From sequence record NC_010821.1: a stretch of DNA of 32,000 bases. The stretch is one strand, 5' to 3'. The DNA is from Pseudomonas phage 201phi2-1. Below, in pieces: positions 15,675 through 24,042 of the stretch. The notes under the pieces are model-generated. The model was not told where the DNA came from. It searched no databases and worked only from the letters and a program-made list of their open reading frames with translations. Numbering within the stretch: position 1 is the first letter of the stretch; each line of letters starts with the position of its first letter. The position numbers were made by a program, and so were the translations under genes.

Positions 15675-17765
15675 ATGATGCATAACTTCAATCCAAACCA
15701 AGGCCTCCCGGTCCCATGCACTGAGGTAGATCCACGGTGGTTTAATAACAATCTTCCGCAAGGTAATGATTGCGTTCCACCGATCCAACTGAGTCAATGG
15801 ATGCAGGCCAACCAACCGGTTGGATTGATGGCTATTGGTTTGGTACGTGGAATGGCACAAGCCGCAGCCAATAAGTCACCGACTCATACGTTCGTTTATA
15901 ACCTGTTCTGTCAGAACGGATTTCAAAATCAGGTATGGCAGCAATGGTGTCAGACAGCTGTAGACTTCACTGAGTTTCTGATCATCGTTCGGCAATACAA
16001 TCCTAATGATGCTGTTAAGAAAGCTGCACAGTGTGTTGTAGAAGCTGCAATGGGTGTAGCGTTCCATACTTACCCAGTGCTTCAGCAAATTACTCCAAAC
16101 AACTTCTGGGCTGGCCTGCAAGGTGCTCAGCAGATGTACCAATCGATGATTAACGATATTCGTTCGCTTCGATCGGGTAATTACAATAACGGGATGCCAA
16201 GTAACCAGTGGCAGGGCGGTCCCCCGCAAGGTAACCTCCCACCGATTAATGTTCAACAACACCAGTCGTACAGTGGTTATCAGAATCATGGAACTCAGGT
16301 AACAACTCAAGCAACTGTCTCGAACTATCAGCACACCAACTCGTCTTATAGCAATGCACCCACCGCCACCAGTGGCGATGTTGCTAACTCGCTGTATGAT
16401 GTACCTGTAAACGAACCTGCTAAACCGCTGGTCCCTAAAGAAGAGATCAGTTCCGGTTATGACTATTACAGCACACCACTTCAACAGGAGTCTGCTCCAA
16501 TGCAATCTTTCCCACAAGCTGCAACTGTAGAAGAAACTACTCTTCCGATTCCATCTAACGTAGCGGAAGTCGTAGTTGACCCAACCTATTATCAACCAAC
16601 CGGTTTCAAACTGGACATCAACCGTGCATACGACTTGATCCATAACCCAGGTGGTATCGTAATCCAACCAGATCAACTGGTGGATTGGGAAATCACTGTA
16701 GGTGATGACACTCCATGGCCTCAGCTGATGGACCCTAACACCTATTGCCGGTTCTTGGTCAAATTCCCCGACGGTATTGTCAAAGAGAAATTCGTTGAAT
16801 GGACCGATGCAATGAACTATCTCCGTCACGAACTCGATGCAGAACTGCGTCGTAAAGCCCACCGCCCTAACGGTATTGTCGTATCGAGTGCAACTCCTAT
16901 CTCCACCATCGGTGGTGATGCAATGAATGCAACTGAAGTTGAATCGCTGGTTAAGGATGGTCACCTGTCCCGTAGCGCTGTACCGCCAGTAATCATCTCC
17001 GGTGTATTCCAAGGCTCGACTGATCTTGAGATCGAAGGTCAAGTCCGCGAAGAACTTTCCAACATGCTGGAAGTAAACTTCAACGATGACATTCCAATGC
17101 CAGCGGTAGAGTATCGTTCTCAGTTCACCCATACGCTCCCACTGAGCGATGAAGCGGTAGAGGCAATCAATGATATCCGTGAAGCTAAAGATCTCGGTCA
17201 AGCCGCCCAAGGTATCAAAGCACTGGCTGTTCAAGGTGTGATCTCCATCCGTGTGATGCATGCACTGAACAAACGTCTGACCGATATTCTGAATACCACT
17301 ATCGCTGATAGCATGGGTCTGACTTGGGCTATCGACGACTTCTGTGAAGAGTATCTGGAACTGGAAGACTTCATCGAACAGAAACGTGGCGCTGCAATGC
17401 GTCGTGTACTGCAAGGTACCGGCGAGCAAGTCCTCAATCGTGCACTGACTATCGTAGCAACTGACGATGGTGGTGAACACACTGCAACACTGTATCACGT
17501 TGTAGATAACTATCTGAACCATCAGGTAGGTTGGGACCTCGCTGATCTGACCACCCTGAATCTGAAATCCGGTAAGCCTGTACTGATCAGTGCTCTGGCG
17601 CACCCAGTGATTCTGGAAACTCTGAAAGGTATGATCACCCGTAATAACAAAGCTCGTGAAGAGTTTAACGCTACCCTGCGTGTTATCACCCGTGATGGCT
17701 TCTATCTGGAAGTCATCAAAGGTCGTCTGATCGAGAACGCTACTCTGTTGAAACTCGTACGTTAA
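15675..17765 (+). CDS. uncharacterised, probably highly expressed phage protein (696 aa) with Q/N/S/P-rich linker
   Basis: Intact ORF; codon-aligned antisense frame stays open for 653 codons, indicating strong avoidance of TTA/CTA/TCA; terminator immediately downstream. Confidence 0.88.
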   Translation: MMHNFNPNQGLPVPCTEVDPRWFNNNLPQGNDCVPPIQLSQWMQANQPVGLMAIGLVRGMAQAAANKSPTHTFVYNLFCQNGFQNQVWQQWCQTAVDFTEFLIIVRQYNPNDAVKKAAQCVVEAAMGVAFHTYPVLQQITPNNFWAGLQGAQQMYQSMINDIRSLRSGNYNNGMPSNQWQGGPPQGNLPPINVQQHQSYSGYQNHGTQVTTQATVSNYQHTNSSYSNAPTATSGDVANSLYDVPVNEPAKPLVPKEEISSGYDYYSTPLQQESAPMQSFPQAATVEETTLPIPSNVAEVVVDPTYYQPTGFKLDINRAYDLIHNPGGIVIQPDQLVDWEITVGDDTPWPQLMDPNTYCRFLVKFPDGIVKEKFVEWTDAMNYLRHELDAELRRKAHRPNGIVVSSATPISTIGGDAMNATEVESLVKDGHLSRSAVPPVIISGVFQGSTDLEIEGQVREELSNMLEVNFNDDIPMPAVEYRSQFTHTLPLSDEAVEAINDIREAKDLGQAAQGIKALAVQGVISIRVMHALNKRLTDILNTTIADSMGLTWAIDDFCEEYLELEDFIEQKRGAAMRRVLQGTGEQVLNRALTIVATDDGGEHTATLYHVVDNYLNHQVGWDLADLTTLNLKSGKPVLISALAHPVILETLKGMITRNNKAREEFNATLRVITRDGFYLEVIKGRLIENATLLKLVR

Positions 17766-17773
17766 AACATAAA

Positions 17774-17793
17774 GCCCCTCCTGAAGGAGGGGC
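17774..17793 (+). terminator. Terminator-like hairpin GCCCCTCC-tgaa-GGAGGGGC
   Basis: 8-bp perfect stem preceded by CATAAAG at 17768-17774; no T-run on the plus side. Confidence 0.7.
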
Positions 17794-17808
17794 ATCTTAG
17801 AGGATGTA

Positions 17809-18141
17809 ATGATGATCAAATTTAATCTTGCTGACAAAACTACCCTAGCTGGCCGTGAGGCTGTTGTTTATGAAGCTTTCGTAAAAGCACTTCGTGACAC
17901 TACGCTGTCTCGGGCCGGATTGGCTACAGCGATCCATCAGTCTCACCCGGCGATCAAAAACGTCTCACTGGTGGCGCTTAAAGGCGATGGTCCTAACAGT
18001 AGTACACTCCGTGCTAAGTTCTACGATGGTAGTACCGCAACTTTCCATTACACTACCTATACCACTGAAGAAATGAACGTACCAGACAAATGGTCCGCGC
18101 GAGTATCGGCTGGTCCAGATGGTGCCGTTACACTGCATTAA
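17809..18141 (+). CDS. hypothetical protein (110 aa)
   Basis: Intact ORF between two terminator-like hairpins; upstream AGAGGATG. Confidence 0.8.
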   Translation: MMIKFNLADKTTLAGREAVVYEAFVKALRDTTLSRAGLATAIHQSHPAIKNVSLVALKGDGPNSSTLRAKFYDGSTATFHYTTYTTEEMNVPDKWSARVSAGPDGAVTLH

Positions 18142-18147
18142 TCCTAG

Positions 18148-18167
18148 TGCCCTCCTTCGGGAGGGCA
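18148..18167 (+). terminator. Terminator TGCCCTCC-ttcg-GGAGGGCA
   Basis: 8-bp perfect stem with TTCG tetraloop. Confidence 0.8.
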
Positions 18168-18212
18168 TTATGTCATTAAAAGCTTTTTAAAGAGTATATT
18201 ACAGAGGTGTAT

Positions 18213-18650
18213 ATGGAAGCAACCTTGACGATCACACGTGAAGGATCGATGTATGCTGATTTTCTGATGGACTCAGCTCCAGTTGGATTTGAAGACTGTT
18301 TAGAAAAATCAGAACTACTGCGCCGACTCCATTGGGGTCAGGCTTTTGCTGAACTTGGTGAACCGATCACCGATAATCTAATTGGTGACCCAGTAGCTAC
18401 ACTTCGTAGAATACATTGTCTTGAAGAGCGAAATATATGCGCCCATGTTACAATGCGTGTCATGGATCTATCAGGCGATCACCTACGAGCGTTCTTTAAA
18501 CCATACGGTCCAATGGCTGATAAACTCCGTGGACTCTGGCTAACCAATCCAACTGGGTTGAAAGCTAAGTTCCGTTACATCCAAGCTAATAATGATGAAG
18601 GCGATTTAACCGTCACCAACATCTATGGCATCGACGTCATTCAAAATTAA
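18213..18650 (+). CDS. hypothetical protein (145 aa)
   Basis: ATG at 18213 with GAGGTG upstream; track start 18207 is GTG within the RBS region. Confidence 0.7.
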   Translation: MEATLTITREGSMYADFLMDSAPVGFEDCLEKSELLRRLHWGQAFAELGEPITDNLIGDPVATLRRIHCLEERNICAHVTMRVMDLSGDHLRAFFKPYGPMADKLRGLWLTNPTGLKAKFRYIQANNDEGDLTVTNIYGIDVIQN

Positions 18651-18669
18651 CCAATAGGAAATTACCCCA

Positions 18670-19344
18670 ATGCGTATTGACAATACTAAAGTAGAAAGCT
18701 TCAAAAACTGGTTCTTTGGTCGTCCGAATATTAATTTCGATGACCTTGATGATCAGGCATTCAACGAGTTGTCGATCCATGTTGCAGCTGAGAGCGATCT
18801 GCCGAAAGAAGCAGACCCCGAGGCTAAATACTACGTCGAGGCAACTGGTGATACCTATCGCTTCGTCGATGGGGCTTATCAAGTAATAGATGTTTACAGT
18901 TTCGGTGTAACCCAAGCTTACCGTGACGCACCACGTCGCGTGTACGCCCGTGAGACCATTGTGGACCATTCCCATGGCATTCCATCGATCACCGCTGAAC
19001 AGATCCGTAACGGCGCTCCAGCCGGTTTGGCGACACTCTACAACATCCAAGCGTTGTTGATGGATCTTGAACAGATCCGTCGTATTGATGTTTACGGGTA
19101 TAAAACGACCTTGATGGATGTTTTGAGTCAGGGGGCTTATTCCACCAAAGAACAAAACGTTACACACTGGTTCTCCACTCAACACACTCTGTTGTATCGC
19201 CTGCTGGCGTCCAGCATGCGTGCAAAAGACGCGTTCAACAAATCTGTAATCGATGCTCTGTTCAAACACAACTACGTACTGACTTGGGACGATGCTAAAA
19301 ATCGCCCAGTCTTTAAAGTGGATGACTTCATCGTTTATCTGTGA
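18670..19344 (+). CDS. hypothetical protein (224 aa)
   Basis: Intact ORF with ATG at 18670. Confidence 0.8.
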   Translation: MRIDNTKVESFKNWFFGRPNINFDDLDDQAFNELSIHVAAESDLPKEADPEAKYYVEATGDTYRFVDGAYQVIDVYSFGVTQAYRDAPRRVYARETIVDHSHGIPSITAEQIRNGAPAGLATLYNIQALLMDLEQIRRIDVYGYKTTLMDVLSQGAYSTKEQNVTHWFSTQHTLLYRLLASSMRAKDAFNKSVIDALFKHNYVLTWDDAKNRPVFKVDDFIVYL

Positions 19345-19354
19345 GGTGGTTATG

Positions 19355-19630
19355 CGACTTAAAATCTTGGCTGTGTTATCGGTTGTACTATTGGCTGGCT
19401 GCAATAAGGAACCGGATCAAGTCATTGGTACACTGATGGCATCACGTTGTGATGTAGAGTGTGGTGTCGTCATTAACTCGAAAGGCATTGCCAATGATGA
19501 TGTTCTACGTGAGTTCAAAACCTGCGGTGGGGACAATAAAGATCTGATAGGTCGTAAGGTGATTGCCTTCAAGCAGAATCTCGTTCACGGTGAAACCTGT
19601 ATGACAGTATACGAATACCTACAACGCTAA
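19355..19630 (+). CDS. putative phage-encoded lipoprotein (91 aa)
   Basis: ATG at 19355, MRLKILAVLSVVLLAGC signal peptide and lipobox (LLAGC) at the N-terminus. Confidence 0.7.
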   Translation, partial: RLKILAVLSVVLLAGCNKEPDQVIGTLMASRCDVECGVVINSKGIANDDVLREFKTCGGDNKDLIGRKVIAFKQNLVHGETCMTVYEYLQR

Positions 19631-19639
19631 AGGTGCGAG

Positions 19640-20089
19640 ATGATTACGCTTGAAACTACAACATCGTTCGTACCTGCCTTCTCTGCGTTACCATTCATCA
19701 AATCTTTAAATCAGTACTATCCCGATATTGAATACTGGTATGTGAATAAAGTCATACCAGGCCTCACGTTAGGTAATGATAAGCTCATTGTCGCACGTGA
19801 TGAACACTTCAATATTGCTGGTATTGCTTTGGGTAAGTTGAGTGACGCTGAAGCGAAGTTGCGTTGTGTTCGTGTACACCCGGATCATCAGAATAGTGGT
19901 CTGGGTATTCGCCTGATCGACAACATGCTTGAGTTGATCGGCGAACGTAAACCTGGGGTGACTGTATCGGAAGAGATGATCAACCTTTACAGTCGTGCCT
20001 TCGTTAAACGCTATGGCTTTGAATTGTCCGACGTAACCAAAGGACGTTATCGCCGTGGCAAACTTGAATATGGATTCAATGGAGCGTAA
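19640..20089 (+). CDS. GNAT-family N-acetyltransferase (149 aa)
   Basis: LRCVRVHPDHQNSGLGIRLIDNMLELI matches GNAT motif A (acetyl-CoA binding, Q/RxxGxG/A), followed by VTVSEEMINLYSRAFVKRYGFEL, typical of the GNAT C-terminal half. Confidence 0.8.
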   Translation: MITLETTTSFVPAFSALPFIKSLNQYYPDIEYWYVNKVIPGLTLGNDKLIVARDEHFNIAGIALGKLSDAEAKLRCVRVHPDHQNSGLGIRLIDNMLELIGERKPGVTVSEEMINLYSRAFVKRYGFELSDVTKGRYRRGKLEYGFNGA

Positions 20090-20467
20090 ATGGAATACCT
20101 GATCGACCTCTCGAAGAAAACGTCAGCATATCGTGAAGCATTGCTACGTTATCTGACTGGTGGCAAATACCAGAAAATCGGTTGCTATATGGAGTACCGC
20201 CACCCAACCAAACTTCGCAGCGAATCCCTAGATGACTTCATCCAGCGATACCATCAAACCGATGATCGAAACTGGTGTGCACGTGCCACTGACATCACAG
20301 TGGTTGGTGATGAGCTGGTGATCACGGTCACTCCTTTTGGGGTATGGAAAGATAGCGTTGATTTTGATGAACGTTGGCCTTCTGCGCGCATCATCCAGTT
20401 CAATGGTGAGGTTAAGGAAATCGTTGGGTTTGACTTGATCCTAAAGGCGAACCATAACGATTTCTAA
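20090..20467 (+). CDS. hypothetical protein (125 aa)
   Basis: Starts immediately after the GNAT stop codon; followed by a terminator. Confidence 0.8.
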   Translation: MEYLIDLSKKTSAYREALLRYLTGGKYQKIGCYMEYRHPTKLRSESLDDFIQRYHQTDDRNWCARATDITVVGDELVITVTPFGVWKDSVDFDERWPSARIIQFNGEVKEIVGFDLILKANHNDF

Positions 20468-20481
20468 GTAGACGACATAAA

Positions 20482-20503
20482 GCCAGCTCCTTCGGGAGCT
20501 GGC
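20482..20503. terminator. Convergent terminator GCCAGCTCC-ttcg-GGAGCTGGC
   Basis: 9-bp perfect stem with TTCG loop, CATAAAG upstream, ATATGCTGTTATTTTTTTT downstream. Confidence 0.9.
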
Positions 20504-20521
20504 ATATGCTGTTATTTTTTT

Positions 20522-20954
20522 TCAGTTTTCAGTGTATTCTAACGTAATAGAATCTGAAGGGAGGTACGCTAAACAGGCAGGTGTAGTTGCAATAGTGACA
20601 GTAGGACCTGAGATATTACGATCCAAGAATTCATTATCACTTAAAGGTACACCCAACGTATCACGTAATACCTTTAGAACATCGTAGAATCTCTTGTACG
20701 AGCTAGACTTGCCTGGAACCTTAATACCCCTAAGGTCTTCACTCAATCGCCGCCTAACGTAGTACAGTGTTTGAACACCACCGAAGTTATTACTGTCGGC
20801 TCTAGCCACAATATTAATTCGGGAATTACATTGACCCTGTAACCAAATCTCAGGAACGCTAAAATTAACGTCAGCTGGTTGAATTGGAGGCTTAACCTTG
20901 TTAGCCGTATTAAAAGCGGTTAGTAAACTTTGTTTGATGTCAGTGCTTACCATG
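20522..20954 (-). CDS. hypothetical protein (143 aa), possibly virion-associated by context
   Basis: In-frame Met at 20954 (MVSTDIKQ...) avoids most of the overlap with the upstream gene; track start is 20989. Confidence 0.7.
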
Positions 20955-20960
20955 TTGACC

Positions 20961-21839
20961 TCAGTTATAGTGGAGCAGTAAATAACCACTCATGTTGTTA
21001 GCTAACCCACTGACCCGTAATACACACACCTGTTGAATGTCTTTACGTGGAGAGTACCGTGGCAACACGATGCCATTGTAAAGTACACTCAATCTAGCCT
21101 CACCTGAAATAACCTCACCGGCTATGTTCCAGTCCACCACTTCGGTACTACACACGAATGGATAAGTGGTAACATCATTAAGGATTGCTGCCAGCTTACG
21201 ACCACTCGGCCATACGGAAGCACTGGACAAGTCTTTGATGAATTCACGTTCATGGGTGAAATCAAAACCGCTAGTCGTAAACTGACTAACGATTTTACCA
21301 TCTACACTACCTAGAGGTCTAGGGTTAGCGGTGATGAGTTCTAATTTATCACCTACGTTGGCCAATAGCTGCTTAGTGGTATTGACCAGCTCGAATTGAA
21401 CTGATCCTACAAACCGCAATGACTTAGGTGACGCTGTCAGTGTATAGACACGTTGATATTCATCGTACTGTACATGGACAAAATCGTTCAATGTAAATAC
21501 GATGTCATTTAGTTCGCCAATAGCAGCGAGCACTTTAAACGTATTGGTAGGTAAAGCGAAGTCACTGAGTTGTTTGATAGCTGGACCCACAAAGAAACTC
21601 GCTAGGTCTAAACGATCGTAAACATAGTTCTCACGGGTAACCTCAGGTTGAGTGTTGTTTGGGTCGATGCTACGACGAGCATCAACCTCAATCTGTGTCC
21701 GTGTTCCACCCAAAGAAACCATCGATTTAAGTGTTGCGGTGTAAGGAGTCAAATCGGTGAGATACACTTCATTGATCCGATTGATCACAGCAACCCATGG
21801 GTCAGCTGCTAAATAGTCTTTTGTGCTATACATACTCAA
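20961..21839 (-). CDS. uncharacterised protein (292 aa), putative virion structural
   Basis: Intact ORF in a structural-like cluster, overlapping the adjacent gene by 4 nt. Confidence 0.75.
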   Translation of the reverse strand: MSMYSTKDYLAADPWVAVINRINEVYLTDLTPYTATLKSMVSLGGTRTQIEVDARRSIDPNNTQPEVTRENYVYDRLDLASFFVGPAIKQLSDFALPTNTFKVLAAIGELNDIVFTLNDFVHVQYDEYQRVYTLTASPKSLRFVGSVQFELVNTTKQLLANVGDKLELITANPRPLGSVDGKIVSQFTTSGFDFTHEREFIKDLSSASVWPSGRKLAAILNDVTTYPFVCSTEVVDWNIAGEVISGEARLSVLYNGIVLPRYSPRKDIQQVCVLRVSGLANNMSGYLLLHYN

Positions 21840-24007
21840 CTCTCAAATTTGGGCCAGTCTGTTTCAGTTGGAGGTTCATAGATACCCAGTTCGCCATTCG
21901 GGTCAGGATCGTTGTAAACGGTAATGTTGACATTACTAATACCCAAGCCAATTACAGGCATTGGATAATTACCTTCTTTAAAGGACGTCTCAACAATATC
22001 TACCATTGGATCGATACACCATTTACCTTGTTGACGATAATGCCATGAGATCTCTGGACCCACTACAGCATCGCTGATCAGATAGCGTGCTTTCTCAAGG
22101 GCAGCGTACTGCCTTAGAGCGATGTTAACAATAGGTACAATAAGCGTATCACCGGACGAAGCAGAGATATCACCAATACGGGGCATTACCATACCCAGCA
22201 CATGGAACTTGGTGTATTCCACATTGCGTAGGAATTGTGCAATGTAACTAGACATCTTTGACATCAGTCTAAGGAGTTCACGTTGTACTTCCCCAAGAGT
22301 AATGATCTTAACCAAGTTTGCACCGGTAGCGATGTTAATGGTATCTAACATCAACTGTTCCATGTCTGGATTGGACAAATCGGTAATGTCGAAGCCTTGA
22401 GCCTTAAAGTAATCATCCCATGCAATATCGCCGTCTACCAAGGTACACATGCGGTTCATGTAGTGCATGCGAACAATTTGTTCACAATACCCACGACCAA
22501 CCATGTGTTCTTGGAAACTATATAGTTCCCACTGTTTGATATATCGTTGATGTGCACCAACGCAGTCAAGATAGAACTGCTCTGTGGAGATATAGTCACT
22601 CATTGGAGGTGTCAGGTCTTGGATAGCCGTAATGATCCGATCAGGAATAATACGGATAGGTGACATCTCCCGCAGTTCAGCAAACGTAGGAGACCTTGGT
22701 CGCAATACATCGTAGGCTACGAACTTTGGAATAGTCGGACTTAGCCAACCGCGAGTTTTCATCCAGCAATACATCGTGATGATCCAAGCATCCTTAACCG
22801 ACATGGTCATGTTAACACCATTCTTAGGATTAGGTACTTGAATGAAAGCTCTATAGCGCTGACTTGATGCTAGGTCCAGCCACTCGTTCAATAGAACGTC
22901 CTGTAGACTGCGTACGTTAGACACAGAGCGGTCGATAACCTCAGAGTCATACACACGGGTAGGTAACGTGCTATAAGCTCCGTAACCCATGTCACGTTGG
23001 ATGTCACGCTCGGTATCGAATTGGACCAGAGCGTTGTCACGTGCCAATGGTTCTTCCCGTACTAAAATATTCATCGTAGGTACAGCGGCATTATCTTCAT
23101 CAACCACTTTGAAGTTAATGTCATGCTTAACCATTTCAGCAGAAGCTTTGAAGTCACGTAACAGGTTCTTAGAGTTCTGTTCCAGAGTGTATTCGAGAAT
23201 AGGAATACCGCGATGAGTTAGAATGTTTTGAACCAACCGCTTGAAGTTATCCTTACTACCGGCATGTCGCTGCAAGTAATTAATGTTACGGTATAACCAA
23301 AGCATCTGGTAAGTGTCAAGATAGGGGATGAAGTCATCTAGATGTTGATGCGATGCAAGGTATTCACGAATATGGTAACTATGGGCTTGGTTAGTCTTAG
23401 CTTTGTCTAAGCGCATTGCCATGATAGCAGGTACCATTCGCATATAGAGATTACCTAAGAAACCAGCATGGAACAGTGCATCGACTAAGTTGAACTGATC
23501 GTTGTACCAATGCAAATAGAATGCATCTACCCAATCTTGTAGTTCATAAATCAATATACCCTCTTGTTCCTCGATGTACTGTGCGTCGTAATAGAGGATT
23601 TTCCCATTGGGTGCGTCGATAGCCGTTTGGATGTCAACTGGGAAAAGGATACCTGTAATCAAGTCAACTTGTTTAGGGTATTGACGAGATAAACTTTTAT
23701 ATAGCGTACTACCCGGTACATAAGCCCGTGCAGTAGCTCGGTGGATAAGTAGATTGGCCTTAGTAAATTCAATCATTTCCAGCGTGTCAGCTGAACGAAC
23801 GTACATCATCTCATCGGTTGAATGATATTCCCCGGCTAAGTGCATGTAATATTTCCACGTAGTTGGTTCGTCTTGGTCTACAGTAATTGGATAGTTGCGC
23901 TCTAATTGATAGTTGATTTGTTCAGCAGTTTCACTAAACTTAATAATAACTGACCTTACCAATTTGATAGTGTCAGAACGATAAACATCAAAGTATACGT
24001 TACTCAT
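21836..24007 (-). CDS. large virion structural/baseplate-type protein candidate (723 aa)
   Basis: Large intact ORF, divergent to the portal candidate, in the structural cluster. Function from size and context only. Confidence 0.7.
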   Translation of the reverse strand: MSNVYFDVYRSDTIKLVRSVIIKFSETAEQINYQLERNYPITVDQDEPTTWKYYMHLAGEYHSTDEMMYVRSADTLEMIEFTKANLLIHRATARAYVPGSTLYKSLSRQYPKQVDLITGILFPVDIQTAIDAPNGKILYYDAQYIEEQEGILIYELQDWVDAFYLHWYNDQFNLVDALFHAGFLGNLYMRMVPAIMAMRLDKAKTNQAHSYHIREYLASHQHLDDFIPYLDTYQMLWLYRNINYLQRHAGSKDNFKRLVQNILTHRGIPILEYTLEQNSKNLLRDFKASAEMVKHDINFKVVDEDNAAVPTMNILVREEPLARDNALVQFDTERDIQRDMGYGAYSTLPTRVYDSEVIDRSVSNVRSLQDVLLNEWLDLASSQRYRAFIQVPNPKNGVNMTMSVKDAWIITMYCWMKTRGWLSPTIPKFVAYDVLRPRSPTFAELREMSPIRIIPDRIITAIQDLTPPMSDYISTEQFYLDCVGAHQRYIKQWELYSFQEHMVGRGYCEQIVRMHYMNRMCTLVDGDIAWDDYFKAQGFDITDLSNPDMEQLMLDTINIATGANLVKIITLGEVQRELLRLMSKMSSYIAQFLRNVEYTKFHVLGMVMPRIGDISASSGDTLIVPIVNIALRQYAALEKARYLISDAVVGPEISWHYRQQGKWCIDPMVDIVETSFKEGNYPMPVIGLGISNVNITVYNDPDPNGELGIYEPPTETDWPKFES

Positions 24008-24042
24008 GGTAAGATACTCACTTAGTAATTTGGGAGTTTTAA

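Noticed and set aside
15876-17837. 653-aa minus-strand ORF opposite the 696-aa gene
   Set aside because: Same codon-aligned antisense artefact; it also runs through the terminator hairpin at 17774-17793.
18195-18202. TATATTAC match resembling an early promoter motif of phiKZ-type phages
   Set aside because: Lies only about 10 nt before the ATG at 18213 and overlaps the RBS region; a single short AT-rich match is not sufficient evidence.
18637-19404. 255-aa minus-strand ORF opposite 18670-19344
   Set aside because: Sense frame has a proper start, neighbours and operon context; the antisense ORF spans several genes' ends.
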